Origin: Botryllus schlosseri
Lineage: Eukaryota
Assembly (NCBI GenBank): GCA_051294905.1
Contig: CM119381.1
Coordinates: 2,170,001 to 2,234,000, forward strand
DNA: 64,000 nucleotides
Reading direction: 5' to 3'
In this document: positions 48,047 through 60,600 of the stretch, in pieces
Layout: every line of letters begins with the position of its first letter
How positions within the stretch are numbered: position 1 is the first letter of the stretch
Notes under the pieces: generated by a model
The model's input: the letters and a program-made list of their open reading frames with translations, nothing else
The model's database searches: none
Told to the model about the DNA's origin: nothing
Position numbers and translations under genes: made by a program

Positions 48047-50497
48047 AACTAGAATAGTTGGACTAAAAGGGGCATATTATGTAATAGGGTGGGGTGCGTA
48101 ATTCACATTACAGTTATGAATCATTGAAACTCCAGTTTATTATTATATTACGCGGCGAAAATAGTGTGGATGTTAGACTTTGAGTTTAGCTAAAATAATG
48201 TCATTCATTATTATCGTTAAAGATGAGCATATCTTTTTCGCGTGGATATCTCATATTCTAAATGATATGTTTGATGTTATGCGTAACATGTGATCCAATG
48301 CAAAATTGAATCCGCCTATGTTGTAGTCAAAATCTCCTACATGCAACACGGATTGTTATTATACTTAAGAAGTCACCACAATATAACTGGATGCAGTATT
48401 AACCGCTCACATTTTTTCTCATGCCAACGAATTGTGTCAACCTTCTGTGTATGTAGGCTATATACCTTGGCGTGTCGAATATCACCATACGAATTCAAAT
48501 TTCTATAAACCTCTCACCTCGCTCTTGAGTCCTTACTTTCATATAATTGTCATTGTTCGTGGAATCGAAAATCGCTTCTTATATGTTGTTAACATACCTA
48601 CATTTTCACTCGCGCTATTGCAAAAACCGTTCAAGTTACGCCATGTGTTGATAGTATCAAGGTTTTAAACGAAACGGAAGTTGTGCAAAATTTCAGTATC
48701 CGCAGAAAAAGTTTGCATTTATGGAAAACGTCAAGAAATTGAGGTCTTGGTTTCGATCTGTATGTCGAAATCCGAGAACATGCCCGCGCACACGAAATTG
48801 CGGTATCGGTGCCATACTAATACAGAGCCTGAGATGTTTACTTTGCTTCCCAAGTGAGACGACAGTGTCTCTATGACAGGATCGTATGTCAGAAATGAAT
48901 GAGATAATAATTCACGATGTTTTGAGACATAATTTCCCGTGTTTAAACCTGCTGGAGACCTTTACTGGGTTAATGCCTCTTCTATACGTCGTATGCGGGC
49001 AACTTGTCCAGTCGGCCGGCCTGATATGGGAAAATGAAGGGCTTGGCGGACCGGATTCCTGAATCGATACATTAATCGCGTATTTGTCCACCTATACAAG
49101 GAATAAAACATTTAATGTAAACTTCAAGACTAAAGCAGCGACCAAAACAGTATTTGACTAATTTATTAGCGTAATGTTCAATAGCTGTTGAAGTTGAAAT
49201 GAGACATCTATGTGGTCGATCAAAGTTGTGAACAAGTTCTCTAAACTCTGGTGCATGTGGGACGTACAAGCCCCGCACTGCAAATGAACATCACTTAGAT
49301 TGGGACGCAGCTTTGTCCTGTTAATGTTCATGGTCGAACACGATTGCTTGAAAATGTATGTATAGACTAGAACAGAAAAACTTGGATTTATCTATCGAAC
49401 GAATAACTTACAGTCACCATAATTTCACGTAGTAAGCAAGTGATGGAGATTGCGGCAGACTGTGGCCTCGGGGAAACTGTTTGCGGGACGCTCAAAATCA
49501 CGTCGCGCGTGTGCGCGTCCCTGCTTTAAACGCACTGCTTGCCGGGGTGCACACTACACGTCATATTGTCAGATATAATCATTGCATGTGGATAGTTTGG
49601 AAATCACCGAAAGTATACACGGTAACTTTGGTGACCAATTGGCCAGCACAAATAAATTAAAAGCTCAATCGATTGCATTCGAGCTTGTTTATTGACTGTA
49701 TTATGTTTCGTCATTGCTACATTTTACTAATCAGTAATGCTCACACAATCACTTTCTATGCTCTGATGTTAACTATTGAAACCATACATAATGATGCACA
49801 ATGCACATAGATATAGCAGGAGCAGTTGTCCGCGGTGTGATTGCCAATGATAGTGTCTAGAAAGAAAAGAGTTACAATACACTTAATCGACGCAATATGT
49901 TTGAGAAGCTAATTTCGAATTATAGTCAGGTAAACGGTGACTGCATGGTAACTGTCGATAGGGCGTATTCTCCGAACATATGCATGCACTTGCACACTGC
50001 ACAGAGTAGTGAATTTTGGGTGATTCCCCACCGATATTCTATCATGCCTTAAAAAGCTCAAAATCGATTTACCACCCACGATCGCAGCTACTAATTTCAG
50101 ACGTAATTAAAGTTCGTATGGCGAAGGATTTGCGGCAGTGTTTTCTTTACGGTATGCGCTTAAGAACAGAATGACCTGATGTAGTTTGAAGCGGAAAAAG
50201 TACCCGGTTATCCCCATCTATATGGTAATGGTAACGTCACCAATTGTCCACCTTGTAAAGTCACGTTCATCTGCACCTCCTTTGAAACAGGATAATCGCC
50301 TATTTTTAACGAGCAGACAGTAATTTAAATCAATCCTCATTATCTTCCCAATGTATATTATTTTGTATTTTATTGAACAATTTTGGCGCTTATCGCCGAT
50401 AAGGTCATTTGCGCCCGATCATGAATATTGTCCTTTGCTTGGTCTTTGCTTGTGGTTCGATTTTTGCGGACGACTTCCAGTCACACTCTCACCCACG

Positions 50498-50517
50498 ACT
50501 TTCACTCTCTCTCTCTC
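50498..50517. repeat. Short (CT)n microsatellite
   Basis: CACTCTCTCTCTCTCG. Confidence 0.7.
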
Positions 50518-50651
50518 GCACGTGTCCTAGTCAGATTCAGTCGCAGCCGATTTTCTAAGCTCGACTTTACCTGCTTCATCTTGGCTTTTCCTACGACACA
50601 GCATATGCAGTGAGGTCAGCGAAGACAAGCCCTGATAAACCTCCAACAAAT

Positions 50652-50833
50652 TGTTGGGGACTTATCTAGGCTCCTCGTCGCCGCCTCATTCGCGTAAACG
50701 GTATCTTACAAAAAGCCTATAGAAGTGGGCCGTGCTATAAGTCGGCAGTTACGGGAAAAATGACGAATATCGGGCTGGTGTAAATGACCATAGTAGTCGA
50801 CAAACACCAAGAATACCGCAAAACAAACAAAAC
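50652..50833 (+). mobile_element. SINE family C, 5'-truncated
   Basis: Body CTAGGCTCCTC...GTGGGCCGTGCTATAAGTCGGCAGTTACGG...GACCATAGTAGTCGACAAACACC followed by an AAAACAAACAAAAC tail. Confidence 0.88.
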
Positions 50834-51544
50834 CTCCGACACACAGAAGCAGGTCCGCGCCACTCGCTTCCCATGCAATGGGTATGTCTCGAAACAAGTG
50901 GGATTTCGGCAACGCAATCAGACTGCTTGGATTCGAATTTACTTCAATCCGAATAGATTATTCAATTGTATACTGAAATTATGTGTCTCTAAGAGTATCT
51001 TCACATGACTATTCTACGTGTTATGCCATCCTTCCGTTATTCGTGAACTGGCAATCTTCGCGCAAATGTCGTGTTTTCGTATGCGTCTGGTCGCATTTGA
51101 ATCAATTTCGTGAAAATGTATTCTTTTCCACATATAATCCATGTTACCAAGATTTCTCAGTGGCTCGGCAAATCGCCCGGACTTCAAAACGGAATCAGTA
51201 TACAACGGTCGGGGTTATTGGTGTGGCGACAGAAGTAAAGTACGCCGGTGTCGGTTGTCAAACGAAAGCAGTCACGGGTGATGAGTGGGCTCTCTTTTTG
51301 GGATCACAAATTAGCAGGTACCGGGGCAAAAAACTAAGTACGGCAGACGTCGTGGATTCGCGTGCAACCAATCACGTTGTCATTGCAAATTAGGCGCTAC
51401 CTAGACGCGGTAAAGTATCGTGTAATCGTGCCTTTTAATTGAGGGATCACGTACGGTGAAAATCTCTTGTGTTGCTGAACGGCATGGTATACTGTTACCT
51501 CGACTAGATAAACATAAACGCGTAATACATGGGTCACTTCTAGG

Positions 51545-51851
51545 CAGAGTTTGGACAACTAGAAAATTTCAGCTTTTCAAAATTAGATTAGAAATGAAAT
51601 TTTAGAATTTTAGAATTAGATTTACTGAATTCATGAAAACTTGGAAATCGAATCAAGTGCAGTCCGTATCAAATCAAAGTTCATTGTCATAGACAAGAGA
51701 ATGGGAAATGTTTCCACAGCTGGCTCATTTCGCATATATTTCCCTTGTATAATTTTCAGGAAAACAAGAAATTAAATTATAATTAGATTATCGGCATTTC
51801 GCTCTAACTTGAGTAATTAGACAATTATAGTTATCTAGTTCTCCAGGTCTG
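51545..51851 (-). mobile_element. hAT-like MITE family B, both TIRs present
   Basis: TIRs CAGAGTTTGGACAACTAG and CTAGTTCTCCAGGTCTG. 8-bp flanks CTTCTAGG and CCTATAGG match at 6 of 8. Internal (A)ATTAGATTAGAA repeats are shared with the other B copies. Confidence 0.7.
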
Positions 51852-52752
51852 CCTATAGGTATCGAAAATATCCCCAAATCATAACATTTGAAGTTTCCAC
51901 GACCTGCACGAACATTGGACACATTGTGCGTCTGCGGTTCCCAGAAAAAAAAACCTTATTGCCTTCTAACTATTGATACAACGACACACCACCTGTTCAG
52001 TATTGGATACTGCACGCAATTTTGTTATTGTGAACTCAGAAAGCGGTACGGATTGAACATTTTGTCAGATATTTTTAATTTCATTCACGTAAATTTCGAG
52101 TAAGGAATTCCCAATGCAAATCCGGATGTGTTGCCTTGTCAGTCGTAACATACTTTCGAAAACACGTGACCCTTCACTAGTGATATACTAAAACTAAAGC
52201 ATCATAAAAGAGATGAATATACTTTACAATTCTAGCCTAGAGCAAACAGGGAATTCGTGATAAATCGTTACAGCTATGACGATATCAGCGACTGACCGTA
52301 CACCGCAACCGGACAATAAACCCGCCATATTTGCCGAGAGACATCCTCACGTGTTACCGTAAGCCGTAACGCAACTGATTCCCACAGCTCTTTTGCTGAA
52401 CTGATTCAGCGGCAGGACAAAGAACATTGAACGGAAACGCGTCGTGAATCATCAGAAGTAGAATTGAAATTGTTTTAAACGGTTCTCAATATGGAAGACG
52501 ATAAATTTCCGGACTAAGCGGGAATTTCGAACTATACATACGGGAAATGAGTTTACACGACCCCAGTCGGTTCAACTGAATCGTGATTAGCGAAGTAGCT
52601 ATCCTTGGAACTTTAACCAGCGACGAGGGAAAAGTCGAAACAACCGCTTCCGAAAACCGGTATGGATATGCTCGCCATGTCGCCACTGAACGGCAGTTTG
52701 GTTTATATCCACCAATATATACCAGCACTGTGTGCGTGTGCGTTAATAACAC

Positions 52753-53028
52753 GATTGAACAGTACATTCATACTGAAATGAACCCGAATATTTTCGGCGG
52801 GCACTCGTCAGGGGCAATCGTCAGCCACTAGATAATTACTAAGAATATTGCATATCAACAATAGTATCACCAAAGATGACGCGATTTATATACGATTGTT
52901 GGCATACAATGTTCTTTCCAATTCTCTGGTAGTCGCAGAAGATTGACGATAAACTCTAGCGAATGTCAGCCAAAAATATTTGGGTTTATTTCGATATGAA
53001 AACATCATTCAATTGTATATTGAAGTTT
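52753..53028. mobile_element. Palindromic MITE family A copy
   Basis: Both arms, with the outer ends truncated. Confidence 0.8.
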
Positions 53029-56000
53029 CGTGTGAGATCGACAAACAACCTAACCGACTGCATTTTGGATCGAATGGTTGATGTCGTTTTAGATTTGCTT
53101 CAACTTTACACTCAAGGATTAGATCTGTTAATCACAAACACGTAGCGATCCAATCTCCGCATTACGAAGACTACAACACATTGGCTGTATTCCCCAAATT
53201 GGAATATCATCAGAATTCATGTCCGCCTTCAATTAGGCTCGCGTCTCACCCAGTATATTCATTTATTTCATACAAATCGTCCCTTTTCTGGTACATCGTA
53301 AAACATACATAACTTTAAAAGTAATAAGCAATCTTTCTGACATTTCAACAACGTGAAGGTGCGTTGGCGGACATCAAAACGTTGATAAAAATTTGGTGGC
53401 AAATGATCGACGTGTTTTTTCTAAAACTTTTATTTGGTTTACATGAATTTTGAAACTAATCTTTGGCCAAATCGCTCACGGCGAGAATTTTCAGTGAATT
53501 TTTTTCATGATCTTCGTGGTTTCAAGGCATCATAGTGAACGTGCTGAAATGTTTTTTTTTTAACCCAACAAGGGATGTCGTGTCTTGAAAATTCAATTTA
53601 CCTCGAGAGATTGGAGAAATTGTTCGTTTTTTACTGTTAATCGTTCATCTGTTTGATATAATGGGCAACCGTTACCTATGTCTCTATCGAATGAATGCTG
53701 ATCGTAAAATTCGCTAATGCGTGCTGGAAATGTTCACTATCGTGGGATGCTTTTTTCTGTCGAATTGTCTCCAGTTGTTCGGTCGGAAAAAATCGTTGTT
53801 TCGCGTTTCTTCACACAAAGAAATACAAATTTGCATAGCATTCATTTAGTCCACTCTGGGCTCGTTCTTAACGGTTGCCGCCGATTGAGTTCAGAAACTG
53901 GCCGGTATTCACCACGGTTGGTAGGCCTATTCAACGTGATATCTGCCGTGTCACTGATATTTATAGAATGTACGCTATGGGAGCGGGCAAGGCGCGCTTT
54001 AAGAGAAGTCCATTTCAAATTATCGGGAAAATAAAATGTGTGTAGTGAAATAACAAGTTTGGACAAGTTGGAATTCACCCAGCAACAATCATTCACGGAT
54101 CCACTTATAAATATCTGTATATATCTATACTCTCCGATAGACTGCATTGTTTATACGCACGCACAGTTTGGTGTTACCCAAGATTACATTAAGGCCTGAT
54201 GTAATGGGAGGATGCATATCTGGCAACTGTATATTTTCCCTGCCCAGCACTGAACGCAATGCAAATGTATATGGAGAGGATCTTCACCCAAATACAAAAG
54301 AATAGCTGGATATGTTGCGAAATCATCATTATAAAAGGCGCCTACCAGACAAACATGTGCCCAACACGTATGCATGGCATGCTCTTTGCTGTATGTAGAC
54401 ACATATTTGACGAAGTAAATCGGGCAAGAAATCTCTCTAATACTTTCATAAAATTCGAAGACACAGTAACTATATCACCCGGAGCCTATAGTATACCTAT
54501 TCTGTCCAGGATAGCTTGACATATAGCAGCTGTCGTTGAAAATACCCTTGTTTTCGGAGTCATTATTTCTGGTACGAATATTATGTAACCTGTGGTAATC
54601 CGCAGAGCAGGTAGTTTCAAAAGCTAGGTTTACGTTTCGCGTTATCGATCAACCGCGTAGATATTTTTAACTAATACAATAATTATGCACTTGCGCGTTG
54701 AGAAACGGATTAGGCTTTCGGCCTTTTAGGTCAAAATCCGGCGCGGACGGATAGATTTGAATGGACGAAAAAAAGTCAGAATAATTTCCGACTTTTTCGG
54801 TCAAGATTCGATATTTTTCAGCCGAATTATTGTTGATTACATTGAAATTGTATATGTTGTCGTTCATTTATCCATAGTCGCCCGCGAAAACCCCAATATT
54901 TAGCGTACGTCTAATATGATCTTTTCATTCAAATTGTTTTGGCTAGTTGATAAAATTGTCAGGTTGTCTAAGAAATTGCTGCAAATAAAATTTGAATCAA
55001 TTTCATCCCAGAAGCGAAGCTAGAAAGTTCGAAAGTTCGAAAATTTTGAATTTAATAAAATGTTTGATCTGGAATTGGTTGATGAATTGAAAAAATTGAT
55101 GAACTGGGGACTGTATATACCATTATTTGTATAAATCTAAAATTTTATACTGCAAGAGCTTCGCTTCTACCCACCGGTCGGGATTAAGCCAATTTGTTAC
55201 GCATAGTTTTTTAGACATCTTAATAACATTACGGGGTAGGCATTATTAAAATTTGGAAACATAGTTTTTTTTATACAACCCCAGCAGTATCCAACCGCCA
55301 ACGCAAATTATTGTTGCGAAGTTAAGCAACTACGAACTCCGGATTCTACACTGTGTTTATAGCTATATGCAAACGTGTATAATTGTATATATACATCGCG
55401 ATTTCCAAAAAATGTACGTTCGCTCTCATCACCTTGACAAGGCTGTTCGACCACAATTCGGCTGTCCTTGGAACAGTGTATTTAATAAGTGCTTTATATT
55501 TCTCAACAATAAAATCCCCGCACGACTCTGCGAGGAGGAATGTGGTGGAAGAAACCATACAACCGCTTAGATTGACGTTGATTATGTGCGGAGTGGATCA
55601 ACACCGAAAACTTAATCAACACTATCCGAACCAGGCAAGCAGGCGTGTCGAAGGTAGAGGCATAATCCCGGCTTTTTCGGCACTTGCCGATGTGATTGTT
55701 CCGTCAAGTGGCTCGTTCTCGCGCGGGTACGTACCAGGCTCCGCTGGCGGCCTAGTCTATCATTTCGATCTAGGCTTCAAGTCAACAAGTGCAGGCATAT
55801 ATTTGGAAGGTATAATTACGGCGTAAGCCGATGCCCATGGACTATTCTGAATGTAAATGACTCGATTCGTGATCGCTTAGATGAGGATTATCAATTAAGT
55901 ACGGCCTGTGTTCTCAGCGCCGAAAGGGTTTTTGTAAAATCAAGAACGAGATTATCCTATTTTACGCGAAAGGTTGACTTACCTTCGTTTCAGTACAGGT

Positions 56001-56927
56001 ATTTCGATATCATCTCATCGACAGGTACAAATATCACGGTATCAATAGAGCTTCCTCTGTCTGGTTATTAAAAGTGACGTATAAATACTGTTCGAGAGTT
56101 CGAGAATTTTTAATGATGTTGCGATACACGCTGTAAGGTATAAATATAAACTAAAAAAGAAGATACAACGTAGATAAAAATGAATGCTTTACAGAGATGC
56201 ATACAGAATGCCAACTGATAGTTAAGATTGAACACGCTGTCATTCAACATATGATTTTCGATTATGTTCTTTCACAGTCTCGTATCTTCAATCGACATGG
56301 TCATTCCTATCCGGGTTTACAAACGTCCCGTATATAATTATTTGATATTATAACACAATCTGATGTAAGTGTCATTTCATCTTAGAAATTGCGATGGAAC
56401 ACGATGGATTTTCAGTCCCAATTATTCTTATCGCGATGTGAGTTTTCCCTGCCTTTCATTATTTGATCACACGTGCATCACCATGTCATACTGATATCGA
56501 TGGCTTGCTCATGCTAGCAATATGGAGAGCATACTTACATTGATGCCCTCAAATGCATCGCAATTGCAGAACTGCTCACAAAACGGAATGTTACGAATGG
56601 TAATGTTCAATATGTTGACCGCCACTGCCGACCATTATTCTTCAAATAGCTGCAATGTGGTAAGTATTCGATATGTTATTCGTGAGGCATTAACTGTAAA
56701 AGCGAGTATATTGCGACTATTCAAATCTAGTAACTAGTAGACTTGATTTACAAAATTTTAGAGTTTTGACGATACTATGGAATTTTGGGTATAAAATTTA
56801 TTCGAAACCTAATTTTCTCTAGGTTCGCAGGGGTTACATGATAAGTTTCTGGTATCACGATGCATAACACCCATAGTTACATCAAACGCCCGTATTAGTT
56901 TAGTTGTGTGGCTACATCCGTTTAGGG

Positions 56928-57644
56928 CAGAGCCGGCCAACCAGCCCGTGGCCCGCGAGAAGGTTTTGAGTGGCCCGCGAGGTAATTTCCGAAATTAGTT
57001 ATATTATCAAAAATGGATTGCACAGATTGTGAACTTGCAAGGCCAACCATAAATTTGATTAGTCTGGCCGCAACACTTGAGACGTGATGACTAAAATATC
57101 AGTTCCAACGCATTGGCAGATCCACGAGCCAGTCACATTTTGGTAGATCTTCGTACACTACAATAAAGAAGAATAATTTGCGATAGATTTATCAAAAGTA
57201 AAAATTTTCTACACGCTTGGCGCAACATGTTGTTACTTGATTTCTTGCTTTTAATATTTTTACCCCTTTGTGAAAATGAAAGAACGCCTAATGTATCAGA
57301 TTGAGTCTAGCTATATTCGCGATTTCGAGACAGAGTGTCGTTCAACAAATGCGACCTCGCTTTTGCGCTCGCAGAAAGACCGTCGACTATGAAACCTAGG
57401 CACAAAATGATTGACGCATGTTGGTCGCAGCTTTCGATATCGATATGTCCATTGTTCAGGCTCCGAATAGACCAGTCCTTGCAAACTGAGCCCAGCGATA
57501 TACAGCAGGCCCGCAATATAGTCAAGTGACAATATTATTGACCTATGAACTTCGAAGAATTTTCGCGCTTAGCGCGGCTAGTGGCCCTCGCAATAGTTCG
57601 TCAATCGAATGTGGCCCTTTGGCTGAAAATGTTGGCCACCCCTA
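56928..57644. mobile_element. 717-bp hAT MITE
   Basis: TIRs CAGAGCCGGCCAAC and GTTGGCCACCCCTA, subterminal GTGGCCC repeats, perfect 8-bp TSD GTTTAGGG. Confidence 0.92.
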
Positions 57645-60600
57645 GTTTAGGGGATATTGACGATGGATGTTTGAGTATAAAAATGTTTTGAAACCTAGTT
57701 CTCTCCCGGTTCCCGTGGGTTATGCGAGAAGTTACTGGTATCAGATTGTTAAAAATGTCGATAAGTATTTTAACATGACAGCTATCGAAGATTAGAGAAT
57801 GACGAATCTAACAGTTGAAGCACAGTAACATAAGAACAAAATCAATTAAATAAAGCAAGTAGTCGCAAGTCACAACCACTGAGCTAAATATTAACACATG
57901 AGAGTACAAATGCGGGCCGCCATGGGACTAGTATATCCTTTTAACTTATAACTAGTATATAGGCTAAAAAACATATATACTTTTATGTGAGTGGCTATTG
58001 AGGTTAGTTGAGTATATTTAAATATATCATTACCAGTCGTTTGCTTACTGCTGTCTTGAGAATATTCGATAAATTAGCGATCAACTACAATATATTATTA
58101 TCAGCGCAACAGTCTTTACCCCGTGATTATGGGTGATAGGCGAATTTCGTAGACTTACACAAAAATTTGTGAGCTATGAAATTTCTCTTTTATTTCGCTA
58201 ATATTTTATTACATCAACAATATAGGCAGTACTAGGAAGCAATAAAAGTCACTAAAGTACGGAACGTACCCTTCAAACATAGATTACGAGAGTTATTGTT
58301 AATAATCACAGGCCATATACCGGTATACGGTACCGGCATATATGGCAACATTATTCCATGCTCGCGAACAGGATTTGAAGTGTGCATAATTGCTGAACGC
58401 TGATACTATAATATATATTACCGCTGTTACATTTTTAATACCACTCACGTATCATAAATCTCCAATATTCTACTTAAGCTATCGCATAACTCACGCACAA
58501 GAACGTGGCGTCATAACCTGTGAGCCATATATCGCTACAGTGATTTCGATACCTCTTTGCTTTGCAGAGTCGCTTAATTCTCGCTCGCGAATAAGGGTAA
58601 AGTTTGGTACCTGGTAAACTATACTTGTGTACTCAAACACGTTGTAAGTCTTATATTAAACCCAAATAATATCGCTTGCGGTTGCATGCGTAATGGTACA
58701 ACGGTGCATTTGTGAATTGTCATTGGGTAAAAACGTGTATTGCAGCAGGACAAACGTCTGTAAGCTGGAGGGCATCAATCTGCAAATACATTCCTCATGT
58801 ATTATTCAGCCAGTTATTTTTCAGCAGTCTTCGACGCAACTACCGACGCACTTTTTTGCATTCAGCGGAACTCTATCGAAACAATGGTATTTCGGGATTA
58901 AAACTAATAATCAAACACCACGCACTTGGTTCTAAATTGCTATTTGTCATGCTTAGAAATAATTATTGTTACCGCGTGTAGATGGCATGACGCTCGTGAT
59001 AGGTCGAACGCGATCGGGAATTTATCGTACGCTGATCTGATGCTGAAATTCCTAACGTGGCCGACGCAGGAGTTCACACATTCATCAAAATAAGAGATTT
59101 CTCGACCTTTCGCGGTTTCTGGCAGCGTGTCGGAACACGATGATGAATCGGCCTAAATACGAAAGTCGAACTGTAAGGCGATTACCGATATTTATCCGGA
59201 GAAAATACCTGTGTCGTATCGCACAACTTTTCTATCTAAATACCGTTTATGAATGCTCTAACATTTTCGCAAGATGTAGGTACGATTGTTTTAGAGGTTT
59301 CAATGCCCGCGGTGGTTGTTCTGGAGGCTTGTGTTTATGTGCATAATACAGGACTCGATAAAATCATCTCACGGATGATGAAGTGTGCTATTACGAGCCT
59401 GCTCCGTTGTGTACCTGCGAGTTTGTATAAAGTACATGAGCTTTATACAGTGTATACGTGGACACTGTGCCGTGTGCAGTAAACCGTCCGATGTGGGCTA
59501 TGCCAAGTTATGTTGACGCATTGACTGACGCCTTAGCATTTGTGGAGTGAAGATTTCGTAAGTGCATAGTAACTGTAACTGAGTTTTCTCAAATTGGCCA
59601 TCGAAAGCGCGTTTATGGAGTGATTCCAGCAATGCACTGACGAAATGGCCGCCCTCTTGAAACTATAGTGCCTGATACGCACGGACGTAAACCTCTATCC
59701 TCAGGTCAACTTCTCACAATGAAATATAACATGCTAATCGTTAGCGCATAGTTCGTAATCCGAGATTTGTGCACCCGGGGCCCCCGGTGCACCAAATTTC
59801 GTATAGAGACACTTACAGGTATAGAATTTCAGTAAACAATTCAATAATATATTGCAATAATTGGCACTCGTCATGGGTAATCGTCAGTTGAAAAGAACAT
59901 TGCACATCAAATCTCGTGTGGAATTCGTTGTTTTTTGTCTGTTAATCGTGACACGTATACAATACACTGATGGTAACTTGCATAACCACACTATACTTCG
60001 ATGTATAATTGCATATACACTTATACAGTAGTACACTATAGCTACATGCATCGTTGATTCATGACGGCGGCTGTGATCGCTTGAAGAATGCATTTTTTCG
60101 CTTTTTCATCTCGAAATAGTGAGAATGTTCTCTCTTTTACATCAAGTAGAAACACTGCCTGTTCGTATTTGCAAACTGCCGGCCATGTCGAGCTCAAGTT
60201 CAGGAAGTTACTATGCCATCTCACATTGCTGCATGCCCGCAAAATCCAGTTGAACGGAGTAAAACAACATCATCAGTATCGGATGTCCCGCAGCAGGTCA
60301 CAGATCTCACTTTGCGGAAATGAGTCCTTGGCGATTTCGTACTCCAGACGCTTAACTCCTTCACCCGGCATTGTCCTATCGAGTGTATAGTAGGAAGCTG
60401 AGGCAACACGAAACCGTTACTCGGCTTACCCGTCAGGTGTAACCCAAAATACACCGCCCAAAGTGACAACGACGCTTAATTAAACGCATCTCCCGTTGTC
60501 AAAATACCTGATTCAAATGCATCCAGTTTGGGATACAACAATCCCTCTAAATTTATCCGCGCGGATCAAATTTATCCGCGTTGAATTCGCGATAACCTCT

